Under the pieces are notes generated by a model that had not been told where the DNA came from, made no database searches, and was given only the letters and a program-made list of their open reading frames with translations. From contig CAZFHY010000008.1 of NCBI GenBank assembly GCA_964519305.1, positions 64,001-128,000 on the forward strand: a stretch of 64,000 bases of DNA, in the 5' to 3' direction. Source of the DNA: Candidatus Undinarchaeota archaeon (GTDB taxonomy: Archaea > SpSt-1190 > JASMDC01). Made by a program: the position numbers and the translations under genes. Positions 28,997 to 38,362 of the stretch are shown in pieces; the stretch's first letter is position 1; each line of letters starts with the position of its first letter.

Positions 28997-30040
28997 ATGG
29001 CATTGAGATACAGGTTCGGAGTGCGGCTCGTGGTTGCAGTTCTACTCCTTTCGATCGCTCTGGGTGCCGCAGACTTCGTCGTGGCCAAGGGAGTCAACAA
29101 TCTGAAGGGAACCCTAATGCGCTGTCCTTCTCAGCCAGGACAGGAACCCAAATGTGATGCCCATTCAAAGGAAGCATCAGCGTTCATCCCTGCTGACGGT
29201 TCGGTACCGATCGTTCTTTCCATGAACGTTCCCGAGACAGTGAATGTGGACGGGGTCAAGGTCTGGGCCACTGTCGAAGCGGACAGGACCAAGGGTGTGC
29301 TCGATAGCACCTCGATCAAGGTCTCGTTCTGTACCGATTATGAGGATCCCGTTACCTGCTGTGACATGGGTATCCTCAAGATACATTGCGACCAACTCAT
29401 CTACGATGATTGTGTCGTCCTGGATCAGGACTGGCACACGTACAACGTTACGGGCGGTGATTGTTCCCTCCAGCCTGGAGAGAACCAGATCGTGCTCGCA
29501 GTCGAAGAGAGCGTTCTCGCGATTCTTATTACTCGTGTGGAGGCCCACTACGGGCTCTCGGACGAGATGATCTCAGCGATGACACCCACGTGGTATCCAT
29601 CGCAGACCCAGTTCGCCCTCGTCATTGTCGTTATCGTGCTGGGTCTAGTCGTCGGTCTCGTCAAGATGGGTATAATCAAGGGTAAGAAGGTCGATGCTTG
29701 TGCTGTATGCAGCGAAGAGAAGGAAGTACTCTTCGAGTGTCCGCAGTGCAAGCTGAAGGTGTGCTCGGAGTGCTTCATCAACGACGGTACCAACTACTGC
29801 TGCAAGAACTGCATCGCGTACAGCGGCGAATACAAGTACACCTCCGGGCTCGATGAAGGAGCGGAGATGAAGGCCGCAACGAAGTCCGAGGACAGCTTCA
29901 AGAACCTCATCGCTGATGTTGAGGCCGGAGATGTCGGTGATAAAGGGGAAGGCGTAGGTCCGTCGGAACAAGACCGGAAACAGGTGCGCGAGCAAAGTTA
30001 TGCTCCTCAACAGCAACAAGAGCAGGCCCCGCAGGGCTAG
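28997..30040 (+). CDS. Single-pass membrane protein: ectodomain, TM, cytoplasmic multi-Cys Zn finger
   Basis: Signal peptide; TM FALVIVVIVLGLVVGLV; CAVC, CPQC, CSEC, CKNC. Confidence 0.75.
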   Translation: MALRYRFGVRLVVAVLLLSIALGAADFVVAKGVNNLKGTLMRCPSQPGQEPKCDAHSKEASAFIPADGSVPIVLSMNVPETVNVDGVKVWATVEADRTKGVLDSTSIKVSFCTDYEDPVTCCDMGILKIHCDQLIYDDCVVLDQDWHTYNVTGGDCSLQPGENQIVLAVEESVLAILITRVEAHYGLSDEMISAMTPTWYPSQTQFALVIVVIVLGLVVGLVKMGIIKGKKVDACAVCSEEKEVLFECPQCKLKVCSECFINDGTNYCCKNCIAYSGEYKYTSGLDEGAEMKAATKSEDSFKNLIADVEAGDVGDKGEGVGPSEQDRKQVREQSYAPQQQQEQAPQG

Positions 30041-30070
30041 AGCCTCACTGACCCTCGAACTGGACCTTCT

Positions 30071-30901
30071 TTACATCCCTCGTTTCTGGTACTTAACCTC
30101 GCCGGATAGGAATACCTTCTTGGTCCTTCCTACCGGTTCGCGACGGATAATGCTACGTCCCTCGAGCCCTGCGAGGATGCGGGTCAACTTGGGTGCGGAG
30201 AAGCCGGTCTCGCGCCTCAGCTCACGCTGGGTCATACCTTCGCTCCCGAGCAGTGTATCCAGCACCGTCTCCTCGTCCTTGGTGAGCATCGCAAGAAGAT
30301 ACGAGAAGTCCTCGCGTGTCGTACGCGGGGCCGTCTCCTTCTCACGCTGCTTCTCGATGGACCTGGAGAACACCAGGATGATGATGATGATCGCTGCGGC
30401 ATATAGCGCGAGAAAGATATCGAACAGGGATGATAGCACCCGGCCCTGACGTCGCCGTAGCGGGATCACGATAGTGAGCGCGCCGTCATGGATAGCCCGT
30501 TTGAGCTCGACATTGCCTTCGAGAACAATAAGGTCCTGCGGAAGTGGTAGCGACGGTACCGAGCTGTTGTCGATGACCATCTCGTACGGCCCGAGGTCAT
30601 AAGTGATCGAAAGGTCATGCAGTGTGCACGTCGGTTCGAACGTATCGACCAGGAGCGCATGCCCCTCCAGGGGGAAGATGTTGTCGACTGTGAATCGAAG
30701 GTCATCGCCCTCGAAGGAATGCTCCTGTGCACGTTGCAGGATACCGAGGTGGGGCTCGAGCGTCCGTCCTCCTTTTAGCATACAACGGGAGGTCTCACCC
30801 TCTATCGAACAGGCGAGCTTGACGTCAGTGACCTCGCATGCTCCAGAGGCAAGAAGGAGGATCACGGTGGCCACAACCAACAGGATGCGCCCGTACCCCA
30901 T
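30071..30901 (-). CDS. Membrane protein with C-terminal winged-helix domain
   Basis: Signal peptide; TM; LTKDEETVL...MTQRELRRETGFSAPKLTRILAGLEGRSIIRREPVGRTKKV. Confidence 0.82.
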   Translation of the reverse strand: MGYGRILLVVATVILLLASGACEVTDVKLACSIEGETSRCMLKGGRTLEPHLGILQRAQEHSFEGDDLRFTVDNIFPLEGHALLVDTFEPTCTLHDLSITYDLGPYEMVIDNSSVPSLPLPQDLIVLEGNVELKRAIHDGALTIVIPLRRRQGRVLSSLFDIFLALYAAAIIIIILVFSRSIEKQREKETAPRTTREDFSYLLAMLTKDEETVLDTLLGSEGMTQRELRRETGFSAPKLTRILAGLEGRSIIRREPVGRTKKVFLSGEVKYQKRGM

Positions 30902-30953
30902 GGTCGAGGGCATGCCGCGAATCAATATAAAGGTTGTTGGACCTGCCAAGGCC

Positions 30954-31451
30954 ATGCATGGGAAGTCGTCGGACGAGCGTGAGGACAAGATCCTCGAGAT
31001 GCTGGTCGCTTTAGAGGACCGGCTCCGTTCGATCGAACGGCTCACGTTCTCGGTTTGCCTCGTCGTCGGGTTCTTCATGGTCACGATCTTGTTCCGCGTC
31101 AATATGGTCTCCTATAAGGCAGAGTACATCGTGCTCTCCGACGGTGCCGACAAGGCACGCGAGACCCTGGGCGAACTGGTCAGCTCCTATTACTGGTCAT
31201 CACAGTTCTTCTTCCTCGCGGCAGTATGCTATCTCTTTGCGACCTATTACAGAGGGATGCGTGAACAGGAGAAGCTCGCCCGAATGCTCGAAGTTGTCTC
31301 GGGATCATGTTTCGCGATCGGCGGACTGACCTTTGTGTACGCGGGTTTCAGGCTCCAGTTCGTTCAGGAGTCGGTGACGGTGTTCATAGGTGTGCTGCTC
31401 CTTGCGTTCATCGGCTTCCAGGTCGCCTTGGTCAAGGCCAGGCACAGTTGA
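30954..31451 (+). CDS. Hypothetical 4-TM membrane protein
   Basis: ATG 30954 lies ~23 nt after AATATAAA; four hydrophobic segments. Confidence 0.7.
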   Translation: MHGKSSDEREDKILEMLVALEDRLRSIERLTFSVCLVVGFFMVTILFRVNMVSYKAEYIVLSDGADKARETLGELVSSYYWSSQFFFLAAVCYLFATYYRGMREQEKLARMLEVVSGSCFAIGGLTFVYAGFRLQFVQESVTVFIGVLLLAFIGFQVALVKARHS

Positions 31452-31452
31452 A

Positions 31453-32034
31453 TCACTGGGCCAGCGTGAGCGTCAGGAACTCCGTGCGCCGTGAACCGCT
31501 CCCGGGCTCGAGCACTACGACTACCCGGGTGATGCTCACCTTCTCAAGACGGGGATTGGTGGTACGGTTCGTGTCCCCGATCTCGATAGTGAGGCCGCCG
31601 GCACCGCGGTTCGGTGCAAGTCGTATATGAACGTACGGTGCGAAGTCCTTGATCAGCTCCTCTGAGTCGGTGACATGCTCCGTGAAGAACGCATTGACCT
31701 TGCGCTGGTCTAGCACTGAAGGTCTGACGAGGTTGCGGGCCGGGTCGATATAGGCAAGACCTGGCCGTCGGAGTGTCGAGACAGCACACGCCGGAGGCAC
31801 GCACTCCCATACAGCACCGCTCAGGAGCTGACCTGGTTCCCGCACCAGGGCGTCGATGAGGTCGTTGGTGCTCTTCTCCAGATGGAACCGTGACGCCCAC
31901 TCTGAGCGTTCGTTGGCAAGACGGGTGCGGGCCGAGCGTATGAGCGATACGAGGAGCAGGATGATAATGATCGCCAGAAGACCGTCCATGGCGAACACCT
32001 GCCCCCGTCGGGCGATAGCTAGCCGGCCCCGCAT
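31453..32034 (-). CDS. Type IV pilin-like protein (class III signal peptide)
   Basis: RRG^QVFAMDGLLAIIIILLLV; ATGA overlap with upstream gene. Confidence 0.75.
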   Translation of the reverse strand: MRGRLAIARRGQVFAMDGLLAIIIILLLVSLIRSARTRLANERSEWASRFHLEKSTNDLIDALVREPGQLLSGAVWECVPPACAVSTLRRPGLAYIDPARNLVRPSVLDQRKVNAFFTEHVTDSEELIKDFAPYVHIRLAPNRGAGGLTIEIGDTNRTTNPRLEKVSITRVVVVLEPGSGSRRTEFLTLTLAQ

Positions 32035-32843
32035 CAAGGACACCTCCCGTCGTACGAACTTACGCAAAGGGTCTGGAACCTCGCCGTCGTGCAGGTCGCA
32101 GGTGACAGTGACATGTCCTGGAGGCTGCCTTTATTGCTCGACAGGATGATGTCCTGCCCACGCTTGTTCGTCACGGTGATGCGCAGCTCCTTGCCCTCCA
32201 TCTCGAGGATGGACTTGATCTTGTTGAAGTCGTTGCGGAGGACATCGTCATCATCCGACGTGACATGGATCGTGAGCGTCGTCGCGGCCTTGCAGTGCAG
32301 TTCCTCGCATATGTAGATGGAGCGATAGAGCTCACCTTCGAGGAAGATATGAAGGAGTTCGTCCAGGAACTGTGTACAACCGCCCCCGTCGGGCGGATTC
32401 GGATTGGGCTGGAACCCCAGGCCGCACGTAACTTCCTTCATACGCTCGGCCATCTCGTTGGAAAGGTCGAACCTGATGAGCGCGTAATGTTGCTGGAAGT
32501 TGATAGTGCTGTTCGGTGATGGATGGACCCTGAGCACGGACCGTGTGATCTCCTCTTCACCGATCATCAGGATGAACTTCCCTGTCGTGACCGACTCTAT
32601 CGATACGGTCTCGTTAGGATTGCACGGGATGCGCATGCTCACGGTACCGTTATGGCCTGAGAGCCGGTCAATGGCCGTCTTGAGCTGTCGGCCAGTGACG
32701 GCAGCGCGCTCGTAGTCAGCATGTGCTGAGTACTGCCGGTGCTGCATGGACATGAATGAGCCCAGGGACCCCACAGCGATGATGTACACCGTGACCATGA
32801 AGAGGAGCTCCTGGGTCGCGGATCCCCTGCGTGAGGCCCTCAT
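32034..32843 (-). CDS. Type IV pilin-like protein (class III signal peptide)
   Basis: RRG^SATQELLFMVTVYII (E at +5); ATGA overlap. Confidence 0.72.
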   Translation of the reverse strand: MRASRRGSATQELLFMVTVYIIAVGSLGSFMSMQHRQYSAHADYERAAVTGRQLKTAIDRLSGHNGTVSMRIPCNPNETVSIESVTTGKFILMIGEEEITRSVLRVHPSPNSTINFQQHYALIRFDLSNEMAERMKEVTCGLGFQPNPNPPDGGGCTQFLDELLHIFLEGELYRSIYICEELHCKAATTLTIHVTSDDDDVLRNDFNKIKSILEMEGKELRITVTNKRGQDIILSSNKGSLQDMSLSPATCTTARFQTLCVSSYDGRCP

Positions 32844-33331
32844 CGCGAATCACCCACACGAACACGACCCTGTCGGTCGCTCCATACAAGAATGATGTCG
32901 TTCTGATTGAACAGGGTGGTGTTGTCCGGCATCACGAGCGCCGGATTCATCAGGAGGGTCTTATCGATAAAAGCGCCCGATGGGAACCTGTCCTGGTCCT
33001 CGATAAGGAACCGGAGCACCGTCGTGTCCGGATCACCTGTATCCCGTTTAGTAATTCGGATACCGGCTACCGGCGCCCGCATGGGGACCGAGAGGACCGA
33101 TGCATTACCGCCCATGGCCTTGGCCTCGAACACCCGGGCGGCGACCGTGTCGACGAAGGATTCGGTCGCGCGGATATCGAGGTTGGTGCGCGTATTGCGC
33201 CAGTTGTAGGTGTTTAGGAACGCGGCGAACCCGAGGATGACCACACCTACCGAGAGGGCGAGCAGGAACTCGAGCGAGAACTGACCCCGGTCGACCGGGG
33301 AGGGTTTCCTACGCATAATGTACCCACTCAT
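32840..33331 (-). CDS. Type IV pilin-like protein (class III signal peptide)
   Basis: DRG^QFSLEFLLALSVGVVIL, canonical QxSxEF; start 33331 or 33316. Confidence 0.82.
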   Translation of the reverse strand: MSGYIMRRKPSPVDRGQFSLEFLLALSVGVVILGFAAFLNTYNWRNTRTNLDIRATESFVDTVAARVFEAKAMGGNASVLSVPMRAPVAGIRITKRDTGDPDTTVLRFLIEDQDRFPSGAFIDKTLLMNPALVMPDNTTLFNQNDIILVWSDRQGRVRVGDSR

Positions 33332-33425
33332 CCTGTTAGAGCCTATGGTGGTGTGGCTTAAAAACCTATTGTACTGATCGTATTGGGCGCCCGTACCACG
33401 GATGGAATGTCTATGGCGATGGTCG

Positions 33426-34997
33426 TTAATCGTCCTCTTCCTGCATGGCATGGAGCACGAACGGATTGTCATCCGTCGAGATCATGACATTCGGATCGGA
33501 AAGAGCCGTCTCGACCGAACCGGGGAGGATGAAGAGACGTGCATGTGCACGCGATGTGTAATGGTCCGTCGTAACACCACGCGCTACCAATCTTGAACTG
33601 ATGGCCTCTGTTGTCATGGTCGAAGGATCTGGACCGTCCGATGCCATGACGTAACCCCACATCCCGAAGGTCGGTACCCACGTCACCATGGGACGGACCA
33701 CTTTGAACGAGTCTGTCAGCGTTAGGGCGATCGATCCGTACGCATCGGGGTACCAATAGGGCGATGTAGCCTGGGTGGCGAACACGCCGCCCTCGTCCAG
33801 AACCGACCTGACCAGCTGATAGAACTCACGGGTGTAGAGAAGAGCCACCCCGCCGGTAGTTGGATCCGAGAGGTCGCATATGATCACGTCCCACTTTCTT
33901 CCGGACTCGACCGCCGATTTGAGCACGAACCGCCCATCGTTGAACTCGAGTGTGACCCTTGGATCATCGAAAGCGCCCTGGTTCACCTCGGGAAGGAGAT
34001 TGCGTGCGACGCTCACCACTCGCTCATCGAGCTCGACGAGGGTGACCTCCTCGGGACCGTGCTTGAGCACCTCCCTGAGGGCGCCCCCGTCCCCTCCGCC
34101 GATGATGAGGACACGTCGTGGCGATGGATGGGCCACCATGACCGGGTGTATGAGGTTCTCATGGTACATGGGCTCGTCCTCGACGGTCATCTGGAGCTGT
34201 CCGTTGAGGAAGAGGGACTTCCCGAATTCGGTATGATTGATGATATCGATGCGCTGGTAGACGGTCTGCTCTGTATAGATGACACGGTACTCATAGATGC
34301 GATTGACGAGCTGGAGCTCGATGCTGGTTATGTCCACCGCCTGAAGGCCGACGATGAGAATGAGGGCGAGAGGGAGCGCGGCCATGACGGGGACTTCACT
34401 TCGTGGTAGGGTCCGGCGTACGGACAGGACCGCACCCGAAAGCACATTGAGCATCGCGCCCAGTATCATCGTCTTGATCGCTCCGAGATATGGGATGAGG
34501 AACAGTCCCGTGGCGGCGGCGCCGACTATACCTCCCAGAGTATCTGCTGAATAAGCATAGCCGACATATTCTCCCGTCCGCTCCTCCTCACCACGCCGCC
34601 GGTCCTCCTGGGCGAGCAAGCGTCCCGCCACGGGCAGCTCACCGCCCATGAGAATGGTGGGCGGCATGAGGGCCACCATCGCGACGAACACCTCGACCGT
34701 CCAGTCGTGGATCTGCGGGAGCATCCGAGCAAGAGGGAGGAGGTAGAGAGCGCAGGCGGCGATCGCGAGCTCCATACGGATGAACAGGCCGGTAGGGTCC
34801 TCTACGCGCTCCGAGTAACCACCGAACGCTTTGCTACCGATGGCAAGTCCCGCCATGAAGGAGGAGAGGATGATGCCCGCGGCCGTCTCGGTGGCGCCCA
34901 GGACGATGGCCAGCTCCCGCAGGAGAACCACCTCATAGATCATCGCAGCAGCGCCGGTCGTGAAGAGGGCAATGAACACTGCACGTCGCACGCTCAT
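33426..34997 (-). CDS. Spermidine synthase family protein with N-terminal membrane domain
   Basis: ~7 TM then YQRI, LFLNG, YHENL, VLIIGGGDGGALRE, VELD, DG, DVIICD. Confidence 0.9.
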   Translation of the reverse strand: MSVRRAVFIALFTTGAAAMIYEVVLLRELAIVLGATETAAGIILSSFMAGLAIGSKAFGGYSERVEDPTGLFIRMELAIAACALYLLPLARMLPQIHDWTVEVFVAMVALMPPTILMGGELPVAGRLLAQEDRRRGEEERTGEYVGYAYSADTLGGIVGAAATGLFLIPYLGAIKTMILGAMLNVLSGAVLSVRRTLPRSEVPVMAALPLALILIVGLQAVDITSIELQLVNRIYEYRVIYTEQTVYQRIDIINHTEFGKSLFLNGQLQMTVEDEPMYHENLIHPVMVAHPSPRRVLIIGGGDGGALREVLKHGPEEVTLVELDERVVSVARNLLPEVNQGAFDDPRVTLEFNDGRFVLKSAVESGRKWDVIICDLSDPTTGGVALLYTREFYQLVRSVLDEGGVFATQATSPYWYPDAYGSIALTLTDSFKVVRPMVTWVPTFGMWGYVMASDGPDPSTMTTEAISSRLVARGVTTDHYTSRAHARLFILPGSVETALSDPNVMISTDDNPFVLHAMQEEDD

Positions 34998-35092
34998 GCA
35001 CGTCTCATCGTCCTCCGGCGATACCTTGGGGACGAGCTTCTCAGTGGGCTTATGCTCCTTGACCCGTTTTTTTCGGGCCGACCCTCCGACGC

Positions 35093-36964
35093 TCAGGACT
35101 TGACCCTCTTGATCGAGCCATTGAGCGCGAGCCCGTAGGCGGTGATGTAGTTCTCGATCTGTCTCCGCCAGTCGGACAGCTCGGCGATGTCCCGGCCATT
35201 GAGCTTGAGCTCTATGAGGTCGCCCTTGTCCATGAGAGCGACCTTCTCCATGAAGTCCGCTAGCTGGGTGACCACATCGGAGCGTTTCTTTCCTTCCATG
35301 CCAAGGACCTGGATACCATTATTCTTGCCCTTCGTGTTCTCAAGCACGAACTGGCCGAAACCGGCCTGGTCGGTCGTCACCGAGAGCGCCATCTGGGCTG
35401 CAGCTTCGGCAGGTGTGTACCCCCACGGCTCGTACCGGGACGGGAACACGCCCATGTCTCCTGCATTGAGGGCCTCGTAATAGGAGAGCCCGAGCACCTG
35501 GTCCGACTTGGTCAGGTAGGAGGGGTAATGGATCACACGGACCTTGTCCTTCTCACCGTTGTTGAGCCCTGCACGCTTGAGATGGTTAATGACCATATCA
35601 TGGTTCTCATCGTACATGAGGTTGAAGGCGCAATGGGGAGGCGAACCCTCTTTCTTGAACTGGCCCACGAGACCGGTGACATCAGCCACAAACCTGTCGG
35701 AGACCTTTGTGCCTTTCTTAATGGACTTCATGTCCTTGGACGTGATAGAGTCGATGAGCTCGAACCGGACGTTCTCCAGCTCCTCGTCCACCAGCTCCTC
35801 GAGACGGTCGAGCATGACCTTAGTGCGGAGCACCCAGTCCTTGATCCCGGCTATACCGGAAGGGACCCAGACGAAGGCATAGACCTCGTTGGTGTCCTTC
35901 TTCTTCTTCAGACGCTTGTTCAGCTCACCGAGCGCATCGATGAATATGTCGATACCCTTGTTGCTGAACTCGTACCGTCCGCAGGTATAGAAGACAAGGC
36001 ATCCGAGTAGGTTGATGTCGTAGTAGGGTGCGAAGTACGACCGGAGGAACCGCTTCACTTTCTTCCTGTTCTTGGCATGGCTCACCGAGAGCTTCTCGGC
36101 CGAACCGAACGTGGAGAAGTCAAGAGCGTTCGGTAGTACAGCGTCCACCTTCTTGCCAAGGATGAACTGGGCCTCTTTGGCGGTCGTCTTGCTGACCGTC
36201 GTGAAGGCGTCGGCGTTCTTGGCACAGGCCACCTCCATCAGGTGTTTCCCCTCGCATTTGTAGTTGTACGCCTCATGGGGATCGACGACAGCGTTCTTCT
36301 TGGCCCCTTCGAACACCATGCGGAAGAGGTCCCTGCCGGAAGAAGCGATTGACCGGCCAAGGATGGTCGCGTGGGTCGTGAACACGAGGCCTACTTTGGA
36401 TTTCTGCTTGTGAAGATGAAGGAGAGCGCCGCCCGCGAGCCACTCATGGAACTGCGCGACGACCCGCTTTCCCTCGAGAAGCGGAGATTGAGTGAGCTCC
36501 TCGATGACCTCACCGCAGGCAGTTGACCACCCGATGGGTTCGTTGAAGTCGTGGCCCATCATCATTGAGTCGACACCATAGTCCTTCCAAAGGTCCCACT
36601 TGAGGACGTTGATGCGCTTCTCGACACCGTTATCCGACTGGATGTCGTTCATGATGTAGTCACCGGCGTCAACGAGGATGAGGCGCACATTGCTCCCCCT
36701 GACCCAGCGTCCCCAATGGCATATGATACCCCTGTCGGCAAGACGCTTGAGCGCAGGGACCACCTCTGGAGGTGGTTCCTCGGGCACGAGCTCGGTCCGC
36801 GCATCGTCGGGCCAGTAGAATCCGATGAGGTAGTAATTATCGCCCCAGTTGCGTCGCATCTGTTCGGACTTGGAAAGGAGTACCGTGTAGATACCCCCTA
36901 CCTTGTGGCCTCCTTCGAACGATACCTCGATAACAGCATCGATGGGTTGCTTGGCCTCCGTCAT
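35093..36964 (-). CDS. Glycogen synthase, GT3 family
   Basis: SFEGGHKVGGIYTV, FHEWLAG, FTTHATILGR, GRYEFSNKG, FPSRYEPWGYTPAE. Confidence 0.92.
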   Translation of the reverse strand: MTEAKQPIDAVIEVSFEGGHKVGGIYTVLLSKSEQMRRNWGDNYYLIGFYWPDDARTELVPEEPPPEVVPALKRLADRGIICHWGRWVRGSNVRLILVDAGDYIMNDIQSDNGVEKRINVLKWDLWKDYGVDSMMMGHDFNEPIGWSTACGEVIEELTQSPLLEGKRVVAQFHEWLAGGALLHLHKQKSKVGLVFTTHATILGRSIASSGRDLFRMVFEGAKKNAVVDPHEAYNYKCEGKHLMEVACAKNADAFTTVSKTTAKEAQFILGKKVDAVLPNALDFSTFGSAEKLSVSHAKNRKKVKRFLRSYFAPYYDINLLGCLVFYTCGRYEFSNKGIDIFIDALGELNKRLKKKKDTNEVYAFVWVPSGIAGIKDWVLRTKVMLDRLEELVDEELENVRFELIDSITSKDMKSIKKGTKVSDRFVADVTGLVGQFKKEGSPPHCAFNLMYDENHDMVINHLKRAGLNNGEKDKVRVIHYPSYLTKSDQVLGLSYYEALNAGDMGVFPSRYEPWGYTPAEAAAQMALSVTTDQAGFGQFVLENTKGKNNGIQVLGMEGKKRSDVVTQLADFMEKVALMDKGDLIELKLNGRDIAELSDWRRQIENYITAYGLALNGSIKRVKS

Positions 36965-37081
36965 GGGCGCGCGTGCATGCCTCACTATTAAAAAACTAGG
37001 CTCGCGGCGCCAGTTCGCGGGATTGATAGAGCTTCTATTCCAACAGGGGCCCGGCAGTGCGATTCCGGTATCAGTGCGGTC

Positions 37082-38305
37082 TCAGCCGTTAATCTGTTCC
37101 TCGATCAGTCTGCGCGCAAGCTCCATCGCTTCGTCGAGTCGTTCGCAGTCCTTGCCCCCGCCGCTGGCGAACGTTGGCTTACCGCCACCTCCGCCCCCGA
37201 GGACCGAGCAGGCCTGGCGAAGGACAGGGGACACGTCGATGCCCGCATCGTCCGAGGACCCGAAAGCTAGGAACGGCTTCTCATCATCGCTGGCGAGGAG
37301 TGCGACCGTTCTCTCACCCGCGATAAGGCGGTTGACGGTCTTGATGACCTCCTCACGCTTGAGGGGAAGTACCTCGCAGAAAAGCTTCAGGCCTGACATG
37401 TCCACGGGCTCCATATGCTCGAGCTTGAACCGTGCAAGATGGCTGGACGCGCTCTTGTACCGCGACCATAGCGCTTCTTTCTCGGTGATGAGGTTCTCGA
37501 TGGTAGGCTTCAGCCGCTCAAGATCAGCACTGAGCAGTTCACTAAGCTCACCGGCACAGCATGTAGCCTCGATGAGGTGTGACCGGGCACGCTCACCGGT
37601 GAGGAAACTCAGTATGGTCTGCCCACCGGTACGGTTCCTGCCCGTGATGGAGATTGTACCGATCTCTCCCGTCGATCCCAGATGGGTCCCCGAGCACGCC
37701 GCCGCATCGAACCCGTCGACAACGACCACGCGGGCCACGTCACCCTTTATCCGGTCGACCTTGATCCGGGCATCGGGATGACGGCCCAGGACCTCCTCCT
37801 TGGGAACGAGGTCGGTATGGACAGCTATGTCGTTTATCACTGCCTTGTTCGCCTCTGCCAGAGCCTTTATCAGGACGGGCCAATCGAGAGCGTGTCCTTC
37901 AACAAAGAGCTTCCCACCATCCTCTTCGAGAGCGATCTTACTGACCGATGCTTCACCTTGGGTCACCTTGTCTATGGCCCTGAACAGCACGTGCTCGCCA
38001 GTATGCGCACGCATGAGAGCTCTTCTGCGCACTACGTCGATGTGGCCTGTGACCTCTGCGCCCTCGGGGGGCAGTGGTGTATCAGGACCTGTGATGTGGA
38101 CGATGTCGTCACCGGAGCCCTGGGTATCGACCACGGTGGTCTCACCATCGCTCCAGATCAACTTACCCGTGTCACCCGGTTGACCGCCACCCTGTGGGTG
38201 GAAGAGCGTCCTTTCGAGCACCACGCCCTCCTTTCGCAAGGAGACGACGTGCGCTGTGAAGCTGTCGCCTACCGGATCATCCTCGTAGAGCCTCTGGGTG
38301 GGCAT
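37082..38305 (-). CDS. Alanyl-tRNA editing protein AlaX-L (with C-Ala/DHHA1 domain)
   Basis: FHPQGGGQPGDTG, HTGEH (HxxxH), CSGTH (CxxxH), GGGGGKPTFASGG. Confidence 0.9.
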   Translation of the reverse strand: MPTQRLYEDDPVGDSFTAHVVSLRKEGVVLERTLFHPQGGGQPGDTGKLIWSDGETTVVDTQGSGDDIVHITGPDTPLPPEGAEVTGHIDVVRRRALMRAHTGEHVLFRAIDKVTQGEASVSKIALEEDGGKLFVEGHALDWPVLIKALAEANKAVINDIAVHTDLVPKEEVLGRHPDARIKVDRIKGDVARVVVVDGFDAAACSGTHLGSTGEIGTISITGRNRTGGQTILSFLTGERARSHLIEATCCAGELSELLSADLERLKPTIENLITEKEALWSRYKSASSHLARFKLEHMEPVDMSGLKLFCEVLPLKREEVIKTVNRLIAGERTVALLASDDEKPFLAFGSSDDAGIDVSPVLRQACSVLGGGGGGKPTFASGGGKDCERLDEAMELARRLIEEQING

Positions 38306-38362
38306 GAGTCGGCGCTTTAGCTGGAAGACATAAAAACCCATCCTCACAGTTGATGGGCCGGC

